Source: Dimorphilus gyrociliatus (taxonomy: Eukaryota; Animalia; Annelida). From it: DNA of 64,000 bases. The translations under genes were made by a program, and so were the position numbers. Positions within the stretch are counted from its first letter, which is position 1, and the number at the start of each line of letters is the position of its first letter. Shown piece by piece: positions 25,524 through 36,982 of this stretch. The notes under the pieces were generated by a model that saw only the letters and a program-made list of their open reading frames with translations, did no database searches and was not told the origin of the DNA. The stretch covers positions 759,988 to 823,987 of the forward strand of contig CAJFCJ010000005.1 in assembly GCA_904063045.1 (NCBI GenBank). Reading direction: 5' to 3'.

Positions 25524-27668
25524 AGTATCTCATCCTTTTTCTTTCAGTATTTAATTAACATTGTTTTGTTTATTACATTATTTCTTGTATCACTTGATAG
25601 GCTTGGATATATCCTTTCAACTCTTATGTATGTTTTTACAATTTAACTTCAATCTTTATCTTAGTGTCAAAGAGACGGTCGCTGATGCCTTATTTGTGCT
25701 TAACGTCGTCTTAAAACCATCATACGGCTTTAGGCATTTAGCTTTTAAAAGTAAAACCACAGACGTATCCAAAGTTTCATCGTCTTTAATGAAATTACTA
25801 TCAATCTGCTCTAGCATAGGCCTATAGGGTATATTATTTATAGACAGAGAGTATATAGGCACATCTTGCAGTACGTGACTCACTCATAATAGATTTATAG
25901 AACACGAAACTAGGCAGAGCTATTCCCTGTAAAACTGCAATATGTCAACTGCAATTAACAAATAATTTTCATTCAGTAATAATAATTTCACGCTGTGTAT
26001 AGGCTTAACTAACAAAGAATTAATAAGGAAAATACCAAGTGGCCCCCAGTATAGAAAATCTCTCTCTCTGCAACACCACGAAAGCCACTTGCTGTGATAA
26101 AAAAAATAATCAAGGTCGACTGAAAATAATTACAGTAGGGATATAGGTTTTCTCCATTCTTTACAAATGACAGTATGATCAGCAAGGTATTGCATCACGT
26201 GATATATCTTCTCTATAAGTTATGGATGAATAGATACGAAAAAGTATTCCTTCTTGTTTCTATTTTACCATCTCCTTCTTCATACAAAGTTCTACTTAAA
26301 TCCTTCTGAATGCATAATACTTGGAGAAGAGCAAAAGAAGAGACATTCCACAAATTTTCTTATCTCAGCTAAATTTGCAGATTCCCTGGAAATTGCTAAA
26401 CAGGATAATGGTATATGAATTAGGCGTCTGGAAAATCGCCCCCCAGAAGGAATACCTTGACGCCAAACTGAACTATTAGATGATGTAATCATGGAGAGTT
26501 TTATCCAAAGTGAACTAATTTATGTTTGAAGAAAAGAAAAGATAATTAAAGAGAAGAGAAAAAGAAATAAAGTGAATAGGATGGAATTGTCTTGTTATAA
26601 CTTTTATAAAAATGATTTTAGTCCCCAAAAAGGCAAAAATAAAAAAAATTCTGCAAATAAAATGGAAAGGAAAATATTGAAAGAGAATAAAACGAGAAAA
26701 TTTCATCTCCTAGTGAAATTTTCCGTTAGTTAGAAGGAAAAGTATCTTGTTTAGCAGACGGCTTACTAGAAATTGACCAAAAACAGATTCGATAAAAAGA
26801 GGCTTACTCGTTTAGAGGCTAAAAGTATGCTATTTATATATTATATGAGAGGAGAGTACTTTTTTTCGGGTACTTGATCATTTTTTATGTAGTATTCGCA
26901 TAAACGTATATTACGTATCAGTCTAAATATAGAAACATTACATGTGTTCCAGTTCAAAGGAGCTTTCATAGGAAGAAAAGAAGAAGAAACCTGGCTATTA
27001 CGAGCTTAAGACTGAGTAATACCACGATTATGTACGTGCAGAGGAATTTAAAGAGAATGAAGAGGTTATCGCCGCCTCAAGAGAGGAAAGATTATAGATG
27101 AAAATTAATCTAGACACAAAATAAACAAACGTCGATTGCGTGAGAGTCAAAAGAGAATTCATATATGCAAAACAAAAGGAAAAAACTATTTGGAAGTAGA
27201 AAGAAAACAAAGAAATTAGAGAAAAAATTTTCCTTTTAGGGTCGAAAATACGTTAGTTTTTAGTTCGTTTGATTGGGAAGAAGAAAAGAAGGGAAATAAA
27301 GGCGAGAACACTAATATTACGTTCGTAGTAATAATTTTATACTGATTTATCCATACGTGTGTATCATAAAATGAGAGTTTTATCACTTTTATAGTGTTAT
27401 GCATAGTCCAAGCATTTTTACGTTTTCCACTTTTTATTGGAAACGGAAAAAGGGGAAGTAGAATAGCAAACGGCAGCAACAGCAGCAACAGCAGCGGAAA
27501 GAGCGACATCTTTTTTTTTTGTTTTTTACAAGTTTACCTATTATCAACTATATAGGATGACGGTACGGTTAGTGTAACAGATTCTTTTTTTAGAGTAGAT
27601 TACTTAAATATTGCGTGCGAATATTCCCGATTCGAAACTACTTATTTCTAATCTAATTTGTAACTTAC

Positions 27669-28193
27669 CTTGGCTCCCGTGGACGAATAAGGTTCATCGA
27701 ACAGCGCCCAAATTTTCGGCTTAACTTTTTGCCAACAATTCAAGTCGCCTGTTTGATATTCCTCCTCTAAACCGAATTTTTTCATCATTTCTTCTTCTGT
27801 AGGTTTATCCGTATCCAAGTCCAATCTATCCAATATTTGTAACGTCTCCTGAGTGTCCCGGTGACTGGTATAAGTCATCCAGCAGCACGGTTCTACTTGA
27901 TTCGAATCAAGACCCCAAAATTCGAGCTCTTCTTCGAAAAGTGGACCGCAAACATCCGTCGGATAATGCAGTTTTCCAGTTCGATAATAATTCAAGATTT
28001 GTGCGAACACTCCTGGGTGACGGTCAAAAAAGTACTCGTTTAAAACCGGGTCGTAATTCGCTAAGGCTTCCGTTAATCGCGATAATCTTGTCGCCGGGAT
28101 CTTCTTCAATGTTGCTTTATAAGTTTCGTGCCTTATTCCTCCGACGTTTAATATGACGCGATTTTCCGCGTCTGAAACGTCACCGTACTGCAT
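27669..28193 (-). CDS. Shaw: Shaw/Kv3 voltage-gated K+ channel, first coding exon (T1 tetramerisation domain)
   Basis: [40 protein letters not shown]...[29 protein letters not shown] (H-x5-C-x20-CC Zn motif of Shaw-type T1)...[17 protein letters not shown] at 28193; donor AAG|GTAAGT after 27669; 525 nt, phase 0. Confidence 0.97.
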
Positions 28194-28199
28194 GACTTT

Positions 28200-28420
28200 A
28201 AAAAATATAACTCGTATTTGTCGTCTATCCTCCAACAGACTCCATCTGGATAATCCCTACCGCAATACTGCAAAGTTTGCGGCCGTATACTGCAGAGAGC
28301 GACTGTTGAGCGCATGCGCGCCGCCTTCATCAATATGTAAGTAGTCTGGTTCGCCGAGTTGGTGATGCACCTCTTAAGAATCGAGTCGGACCGCGTAACA
28401 AACACCTGTAGAGACCCTGT
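28200..28420 (-). promoter_or_regulatory. GC-rich Shaw 5' UTR/promoter region
   Basis: CpG-rich block directly upstream of the Shaw ATG, with a perfect NRF1-type palindrome GCGCATGCGC (28310-28319). Candidate acceptors near 28404-28415. Confidence 0.45.
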
Positions 28421-30075
28421 AGGCAAGACAATCTCATCTCTCTCTAGGTCTATATTCTACCTTTTCCTTTGGAAAGATATCTAGGCCTAATCGTCTTTAT
28501 CTAAAATAAGTCAGATAAGACAAAGATAAGAGCCTAATTAATGCCGTTTCGAGAAGAGGAAAAGCCGGATGCTGCATGGACTATATGTAATTTAGAGGCG
28601 GTCGCCTAGGGGAATGTAGAAATAAACAGTTTCCACGCTATAGCTCACCAGACCAGATAAGGGTGGAAGGAAAAACAAGAGAGAGTGTAGATTCTAGGCT
28701 TATTTGCATAAGCAATGTGATAATCAAATGCATTCGTTAGTTAGACGGCTTTTATTTATTTTCCTCTCGACAAATAATGCCCCTCGTTTTTTTTCCGAAT
28801 AGCAAGGTAGGAGGTCCAACAGAAATATTATCAAATCAATGCATCCTCCAAAGAACTTCACATCAACTTACAGCTAATAGGAACACGCAAAAGTTAAGAC
28901 GTTGTTCCAACTAGAAGGTGTTGACGGAAAAGGAGAGGAAAAAAAAAAAAGAGGAAAAGATGAGAGTAATATCGATTTTTATTTTGGATAGATGGCGCTT
29001 TAGCTTATTGTATAACGTGCTAATTTTTTTATACTTGGGCTAGAGACAGTCAAAGGGAGAAAGAGAATTTCATTAGCATTTTACTAGCGATAATAATTAC
29101 GGAATAACCTTTTTCTTGTAGATACAGACAGTTCCTTTACCTCAATGGTTCTCGGGTCATGTTTTACGTATTCCTCAATCCTATAACTCTCTTCTTCAAC
29201 TATAACTATAAAATATATCTACCGCATTTTCCTTATAATAAATTAAGCATAATACTTGAACAAAAGCGGAGTAGACGTCAAATATTTTTTATACCAATTA
29301 AACATTCTTACTGTATTTATTTCTTAACTGACTGAACAAAAAAAGAATTATATGCCTAGAGTTGAAGTTTGCCAATAGGGCTGTCATTAAACTTGCGCAT
29401 ATTTGATAAAAAGTGGAAAAAAAGAAAGAAAACTGGCATCTAGTACTAGTCATCTAGTGCTCGTCATTTTTTAAATAGAATTCTCATAATGCTACTTGAA
29501 AAATCCACTCAATGACACATTTGGTAAAGTGTTCTCCTGGAAAAACTGTAGCTTTCGGGTTAACCTTGAAAGTGCGGTGTACCTATTCATTTATCCAAGT
29601 AAATCTGCTGTAGTTTGTAAGAAATTTGCCACAACTTTTAGTGAAGTATAGGGGGACGAAAATTGCTAAACTTTCTCTCTCAGCTCTTTCAGATATAATT
29701 GATGGAAGAATGTTTTCAATGTTACGCCTCCTCTCTAGGTATCATACTAGACGAAAGACGCCTTCGATTCACGGCTTCTAATAACTAGTTTTTATACGGT
29801 GCCATGTCGAAAGGAAAGCTATTCGGAATTGGCACCGATCCCTTTTTTTTGTATAGGATTCTTTACAGTTCGGAGTGCTTCTTTCATCCTTTTAAACTGT
29901 TCTAAATAAGTTACAACCGTTCTATTTTTACCGTCTACACTTTTTACGTTGCCATTTCCGGAAGTGGGTAAAAAAAGAAAGAGACTTTCAAAGACACACC
30001 TACAAGATGGAATAATAGAGTCAAAAGGAGAGGAGAGTAGACGAAAAAGAGTGAAATAAGAGGAAGGATATATTT

Positions 30076-30474
30076 CTAAACTTCTAAATCATCGGAGTAT
30101 ATCTGATATCCATCCGGCGTAAGTGATTGATCCGTAACGAACGTTGAGGAATTTTCTAGATGAGTTTGAATCGCGTTATCTACTTTTAAGCTTGGAGCCT
30201 GAGTGGAAGCGTCTTTGAGTAGCGTTAAATATTTTATGACGTGCAAGCGTTTCCTTTCTCTCTTCCTCAATTCGACTAGAGCGGTGAAACTATTCAATTC
30301 TAGCGGAGCCGATATAAATTCCTCACATGTCGTTTTCATTCTATTTTTCACTCTTTCCGCCTTACTAGGCCTGATTTGCGAAATTCGCCTTAGAAAAAGT
30401 AGAAAGAATATAGAGATACTTGTAATGAGATGAAATAGAGTAACAATAAACAATAAAGCTGGAAAATAGCTCAT
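30076..30474 (-). CDS. Hypothetical 132-aa single-exon protein with N-terminal signal/anchor segment
   Basis: ATG in acaaATG context. 27-residue hydrophobic N-terminus (MSYFPALLFIVTLFHLITSISIFFLLF), then a basic stretch and a non-repetitive body. A 132-codon ORF is long for this AT content. No family recognised. Confidence 0.55.
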   Translation of the reverse strand: MSYFPALLFIVTLFHLITSISIFFLLFLRRISQIRPSKAERVKNRMKTTCEEFISAPLELNSFTALVELRKRERKRLHVIKYLTLLKDASTQAPSLKVDNAIQTHLENSSTFVTDQSLTPDGYQIYSDDLEV

Positions 30475-31840
30475 TTGTTTACATATTTCTTAAAAACAAA
30501 CTATTCTTCTTTTTCAAAATATTAAAAAAATACCTAAACACCAAACAAACAATAGATAAACAACAAACATTCGATAAGTGAACTTATATTATAGTATTAG
30601 TTAATCTAATAGAATCTTACTAATAATATAATCACAATAAGCATTTGTTAAGTGGTACAAATGCTATTTTATAACTATTTGAAATACTAAACGTTTCGTT
30701 GGTTCACCCAATCGAGTACATACAACTCAATATTGCCCATTCATAATTTAGGCCTAGTGTAACAAACAACGAACTCAATATTATTTACATTGTGAGATGA
30801 GTAAACCCTATCAGGCAACTCATTGCCTTTCATCTTTGGTGGACAAGACGGACACCGTCTCTTTGAGTTTATATACTCTTTCTTCTAGAAAGCTTTTTTT
30901 GTCTCTTCATCTATTTTCCTTTGCTGGTTTATTTCATTTTCTGCTATTTATAAGCGAGCAAAAAAGGAAGAGTTTTACCGACGATAAAATTTATACGATC
31001 CGGAAACAGATATGTAATCTTTCTTCCCCCATCCCCCCTCCCCTTTTGAGAAATTCTATATAGAGAGAAGAAAACAACTTTCATTTTCTTCCCACTCCTC
31101 ATACCGGCTTATCATTTCTCCTCGTTTACCACTTAGTAAAGGAAAAAAAGTTAACAGATGGCACTACTGAATAGAACAATCGGAATTGTTCGTCTCTTTA
31201 CTTCTATTACCTGTTCGCCGACGAGAATGGTTGAACAACTAACATTAAGAAATCTTTGACGACTTCAATAGAACATAGATAAATTTATATTTCTCGGAAG
31301 AGAACTTAAAAAAAGACATAGAGATGGCAAGGATGGAACAATAAGTAATTGGTTGCTTAATTTGCTCCTCTCCCATCTTCGATTATCTGTCTAAGGCGTG
31401 CCGAGAATAGGAACATAAACAATTAACTGACTTAAAACAGCATTTTCAGAATTGAGGCCGCAGACTAGATGCCAAAAATGAACTTGATAAGAATACATAA
31501 TTTTCTACAATTAGATTTGAGGGAAGGGTATTGCAGAAATTTTGCAGAAACTAAAAAAAAAAAAGAAAAAACAAACATAAGGGGCGAAGGTTGTGAAACG
31601 TATGAGAAGGAGGAAAGGCAAGCAAGCAAACAAGCAAACAAAGCATTTAAAAAAAAAAGCTACAATTTATAATCAATCAACAATTACAGATAATTTTTAT
31701 TATCGTTAAAATATACTGTCGGTAACAATTAGTTTTCTCTCTTTAATCCACCCACCCCTTACTCAACTAGCACTCCCTTATTATCCATTTGGTTCTAAAA
31801 ATACTCGATACCTTGCTACTACCATTTGATATTTTCCACT

Positions 31841-32478
31841 ACGCATGACTTCAGTTTTGAATTAAAATAATGATTTATAATAAGTGAGTATTGCCCCCAT
31901 TGAATATTAATTCTAAATGCTGTATACGATTTAGAATGGAATTTTCCTATCTTTTTTAGGTAGATTTATTACTATTTATTACAATATTTATAACTTTCGG
32001 AATAATTGAGTAGGTAGAAGAATAAATAAGTTAGCCTAATAAGATATAACCATATTAAATTTTAATTGCCTTTGTGATCTAGCCAATATACAGTAGGAGG
32101 CGAATTAAAGTGTACATAGTTCTACTGTTTCAGCTTCAGTGATATTGTACGCGTAAAGAATTTAAGTATTTCGGGAATGAGAGAATAAATGAGTTTTTGT
32201 TAAGTCAAGATGGTTTTAGACCCCGATGGATAAGACACGTAAATGAATCGGTCAATAGCGACTATAACGAGCGATATAGATGAAATTTCATCGCTGGTAA
32301 ATAAGATAAACTTCCTTGTTCTACAATAAGCCTTGGGGATGGTAGTTAAAGATAAGACTTTTCTATATATAAAAACAACACTATCAATTATATAACAAAA
32401 GCCAACCAGATTATCACCAATTGGAAGAGTAATAAGATAACGGCAATGTAATTTAGAGTATTTTTTCAAACAATTCAT
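31841..32478 (-). pseudogene. Degraded class A (rhodopsin-like) GPCR fragment
   Basis: YLITLPIGDNLVG resembles TM2 (YL.SLA..D.LVG). YCRTRKF...SSISLVIVAIDRFIYVSYP resembles TM3 with the ECL1 Cys and a DRF motif. TAA follows, then frameshifted pieces with stops that resemble ECL2 Cys, TM6 (LFILLP) and helix 8 (FKTEVMR). Confidence 0.6.
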
Positions 32479-32932
32479 ATAAATATTAAACCATAATTGT
32501 ACTGGTGCAGATTAATGACGTCAGATAAAGGGCAGGAATACTTTTCCCGAATTAACTACAAAAGAACTGATCAGCTTTATAAACTTCAAAGGCTAATAGG
32601 CTAAATTTGAGACGATTACCCTCATCTATAATCGCCCGATACAAGAGAAAGTGATCCTGAAAGATATTCAATCAATATTTTCCTCCTAGCTGTAATATCA
32701 ATTGATTTTAACACGAGGTCAGTATTCCTCTTATCTGTCAAAATCCTAATAGATAAATTCAGAGTCGTTATTCGACTTAATTGAGTTAATATTTATCTTT
32801 TCATTCTAAATATATACTTTATTAATCATTTTCTTTTGTCTTCTATTCATTAGAAGACCTAGAAACTCAATATAAGGAAAGTAAATTATATAAATATACA
32901 ATAGGAAGATAAACAGAGAAAAAGAGAGAGAG

Positions 32933-32973
<41 letters not shown>

Positions 32974-33551
32974 GGGGGGAGAGAGATGGAGGGAGAGAAT
33001 GAGTGAGTGTGTGTGTGTCTGTAGATTTTTCTTTCGCTTTTTTAACCCAATAGGAAAGGTCTAAAATATAAATTAGCAGCACTAAGAAGGATTAATAAAA
33101 GCTCTGAAAAATATTTACTTGGCTTCCAAATTCGCCCAAGCATTTTAGATTAGACGGTGTTGATCAATTATTAAAAAGAATTAGAACAATCTAAACACCT
33201 TCAATTCTTATCCCTCTTTTACTTGTCCTCTATTGAGATCATTTTTCAATTACCCCATTACCGAAATCGACCGCAAAATACATTTACTTGTATTTATGTA
33301 TTCAGTATAGTTTACAAAAAACTTTTGAGTTTGGATATGAGACAGTGACGCCACCTTACGCCTAATATAAAAATATTCTTTTTATTATTACATTAAATGA
33401 TAAATATACATTTATATAAACACATAAGTAAATTAACGATTATTTATATATAATTAATATATATGTAAGTTTTCTCTCGTGGAGGTTATTGTATGCATTT
33501 ATTCATGAAATTGATGTTTTGGTGAATATCTTTTCCTTTTATCTTATCTTT

Positions 33552-34220
33552 TCAATGAAAGGAGTAGATTGTGAGAGTTATAGCTGCAAGAAGGGATTTC
33601 AATATACCGTTGCTTAGTTTCAGAGAAGATGAATTATTATATCGGTTGAAAGATGCAGTTCTATAACGGCGTGTTGGATTTGAACAACTCGCTGTTTCGT
33701 TCCACCATTTTCTCTTTAGTCGTTTTAAAATGCCTCTTCTCTTAAAATTCTGTATTACTCTATTAAATATTGGAACATAGCCTGAATTTTTTGGAAAAGC
33801 TATACCGAAACCTTCATTTAAAAGAAAATTTCCGACCAATTCCAAATCGCAGGGCCATCTTACGGCCACATACTGAGCTATCGAATTTGGCATAATATAG
33901 GCAAAGTTTTCGGTCCGAACTCTCTTCAGTCCTTCTCGATTTGAGGAGGTCAAAGCCGATGGAGTAGAACTGATTCTCCTCCAGAGACTACTATACAAGC
34001 CTTTTTTGGTTTTTCTAAATACTCTATTGGTCATTCCGTTCCTTAATATCCCAAAACTAAGGTCACTTTGCCTAAGTAAATCTCTAGGTTGTTTTATATT
34101 GAATCGATTAGGCTTGCGAAGGACAATTGTAGCTTGAACGGTCATGAAAGATTCGGTAAATTCCATCACCTTCCTTCTTGCCGAAGTAGCAAACATTGCT
34201 GCAGCCGCCATATTACATTT
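33552..34220 (-). CDS. Pore-less iGluR ligand-binding-domain protein, last exon (end of S1 fused to S2, GPI-like tail)
   Basis: tttacag|AAA TGT AAT ATG (phase 0). KCNMAAAAMFATSARRKVMEFTESFM...VLRKP-NRFN-IKQPRDLLRQSDLSFG...AYIMP...PCDL...FGIAFPKNS...LKRKWWNETASC. Hydrophobic end, stop, and AATAAA about 50 nt downstream (33498-33503). Confidence 0.9.
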   Translation of the reverse strand, partial: KCNMAAAAMFATSARRKVMEFTESFMTVQATIVLRKPNRFNIKQPRDLLRQSDLSFGILRNGMTNRVFRKTKKGLYSSLWRRISSTPSALTSSNREGLKRVRTENFAYIMPNSIAQYVAVRWPCDLELVGNFLLNEGFGIAFPKNSGYVPIFNRVIQNFKRRGILKRLKRKWWNETASCSNPTRRYRTASFNRYNNSSSLKLSNGILKSLLAAITLTIYSFH

Positions 34221-35754
34221 CTGTAAATTTGTAAATGTTATTTACCCGTTTATTTACAGATATTATGTATGAAATATCAACTCGTAGGATTCTTTAAAAT
34301 AAATAAAGCAAGATACGTTTGAGCTGTCAAATATACGCCTAATTATTTTTCTATATTTAGAAATATCAACTAAAAGAGCAAGAAATTGCTGCTCAAATTG
34401 TCCTTTAAAAGAGCGTACGTGTTGCATCATTGACAATGTATAGGCCTAGATTATTCAAATTCCATAAACAGCAAGAAAAGTCAGAGGGGAAATTGCATTT
34501 GCCAACGTAAACGCTCGAAATGGCTTGGATAAAAAGGTATTTGCCGCTAGGCCTACAGATCTTTGTAGGTGTTTGTCGCCATCGGTAAAAAAGTGCTTGT
34601 CTTAAAAAGTGCGCAATTAGACATCGCTTTAGACGTTTCTAGTGTGTGCTATGTCAATTTTTCAAAATAAAGCAGCTATTAAATGTAAAAGGCGAGATTA
34701 GTTTGGATAGAAAGCAGAAATTTTTTAACCCGACCATCTCCAATCGGAATGTTTCCAAAAGATGGTGAAAAAAAGCCAGGGATCAGCGAGTTAATTAACT
34801 AAAATAAACACTCTTCCAGCCTAAAGAATAATAACAAATTCCGTACAATCTTCGCAAGAGACGATTCGTCCATAAAACATATAATTTTTCCACCAAACCC
34901 TCATAATTTTGCTGTATAACAATAAATTAGAATTTGCGGATTGGTTACTTCAATACCGCCTCTGAAGTTTTCCATTCCAATTGGTCTTTTTTTCTCTATC
35001 TATACCTTAAAATACTTTTTCCCGCATTCATCAATAAACTCGATAATTCTTTGGGAAAAGGGAATAAAAAAAACAAAAGAGACGCCTCTTTTAAATAGTT
35101 TTTTTGTCCTCTTTTTTAATGTTTCTTTGAAGAACAAAACGATATTATCAATCCTCTTTTTCCCTTTAGGAATTAATAGAAGTCCACTAAGGTTACATGG
35201 ATTTAACTCTTTCTACCTCTTTTAGTCTTAATACTCTTCTCACCTTGAACTCGGGCTATTATTTGAACTTACTAATTAGTTTTTTTGTAAAGGAAAAAAG
35301 ATAAGGAAACGGAGACACGAGAAAGAGAGAAAAAAGGAGTAAAGCAGAGAGGCAAAGACAGAGACAAGAGAATTAGCAAAACTGTTGAACAAGTGAAGCG
35401 GAATAATAATCACACTATTTCGTGTTTAGTTTTATACTAGAGGGAAAGGATAAGGGAGAGGAAAAGGAGGTTGGAATTAATTCGGAATTTTCTCTCCGTG
35501 GCTAATATATATATATATAGCTGGTGGAAAATATTGCAAATATAGATAATTAATTTGACATTGACGCTTTAAAAGGTTAATTAATTAAGTAATAACTATT
35601 ATGGCGTAAGAATGCGTAAAATTATAATGGAGAAGGAAAAAAAGAAGAGAAAGAGAGTGGCTTTATATTTCAAAAAGAGTAAGAAAAATCGAGCGAGGAA
35701 AGGAAAGACGGGACGGATTTGAATGTGAAAATAAATCTCAATTAATTAACTTGC

Positions 35755-35943
35755 CTTATTGATTAATCCTCCAGCAATTCCAGTCCACCTAGGTTTCTCT
35801 CCGTCAAAGTAGCGTTTTCCGTAATCTGATTGTTCTACTAACGTATATTGGAATTTCAACTCATCAGCAATTAATTGTAAAAGATCCACAATGTATCCCT
35901 TGTAAGGCTGACTGTCGTTGCTTCTCATTACGTAAGGTTCCAT
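35755..35943 (-). CDS. Pore-less iGluR-LBD protein, S1 exon
   Basis: gttacag|ATG GAA CCT: MEPYVMRSNDSQPYKGYIVDLLQLIADELKFQYTLVEQSDYG...WTGIAGGLINK, typical iGluR S1. 189 nt, phase 0-0, GC donor AAG|GCAAGT. Confidence 0.9.
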
Positions 35944-36787
35944 CTGTAACAATTCTCTTTACAGGCGGATAAAGAAGTAACATAGACAAATAGATAATTG
36001 AAGAGACAAGGACAAATAAAAAATGACCGATATGGTCGGCGGCGAGATAGAGTTGAAATGCAACAATAGTGAATGCTTTTGTAACATTTGTCTATCGTCA
36101 TTTTTGATTTTGTAATCGTCGCTTATAATTTAATGGAAAACGCTTGTTTTGTTCTATGCCTTGACTGACGTCTATCCTTTCTTTGTAAATTTTGACACGA
36201 GAGCTCTTTCGTGTTAAAGATTTAAGAAACGTCTATATATTTCACATCCTAATCGATTTCGAAATGGAAAAAGGAATACTCAAAGAGAGAGAGATTGAAA
36301 ACTGTCCGGAAATAGGAATGAAATAAATCAACTTCAGTATCAGGTGATTTTTTCCAGGTTCTTGCAGCTTGATAAAAATCCTGCACGAAATCTTTCGGTT
36401 GAAGAATATTCTTCTGTCTCTACTGATTTTCCTTTGAAAGAGAGCTCTCTAAAAATTTCCCCACAAGTAGGGAATTTTTATAAAGTTTTAGTGTATAAAG
36501 ATAAATCTATTAGGCGTCGAAATACGCTGTAGAAGAGAATAATAGCCAAAAAAAAGTCTGTTTTTTTTATCAATTTTTGTTGTATCTGTCAATATCTTCT
36601 TTTGCTTATTCTTTCTTTCTCTCTTTTTTTTTATTTTCGTTCTATTTTTCACGTATCTCTCTCTCTCTCTCTCTCCATCCCCCGATTCCATCACTTCACC
36701 CATATATCTTTTCCCCCTTCTTCCCTCCCTTCCTTTATTGTTATTTGTTTACATTTCAATTAGTTTTAGTATTAAAAATGTACTTAC

Positions 36788-36840
36788 GACAACTGTACAC
36801 ACTTTAAAAGCGTAGCCGTCCGAATTAGACGCCAGTAAAT
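36788..36840 (-). CDS. Pore-less iGluR-LBD protein, exon 2 (end of signal peptide and first S1 strand, FKVCTVV)
   Basis: ctttacag|AT TTA CTG...GTT GTC|GTAAGT. Joins in frame to give YAFKVCTVV-MEPYVM, equivalent to iGluR VTTIL-E.PYVM. Confidence 0.75.
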
Positions 36841-36957
36841 CTGTAAAGACGAGTGATGAATGGAGCGATAATTTTATAGAGTGATAAAGTGGATTTTTTG
36901 GTTTGGAATGCGATGAGTGTAGTTTACGAAATTGCGTGTGGTAAAAAGTTCTCGTAC

Positions 36958-36982
36958 GAAAAACTATATTTAAATATTTCAT
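36958..36982 (-). CDS. Pore-less iGluR-LBD protein, putative start exon (MKYLNIVF)
   Basis: aaaaATG AAA TAT...TTT C|GTACGA, phase 1, followed by a 117-nt intron. Gives MKYLNIVFHLLASNSDG-YAF, a plausible but marginal signal peptide. Confidence 0.5.

Noticed and set aside
27216-27509. ORF with signal-peptide-like MSLFPLLLLLLLPF
   Set aside because: The hydrophobic run comes from a short CTG/TTG repeat in the Shaw intron; the rest has intron-like composition.
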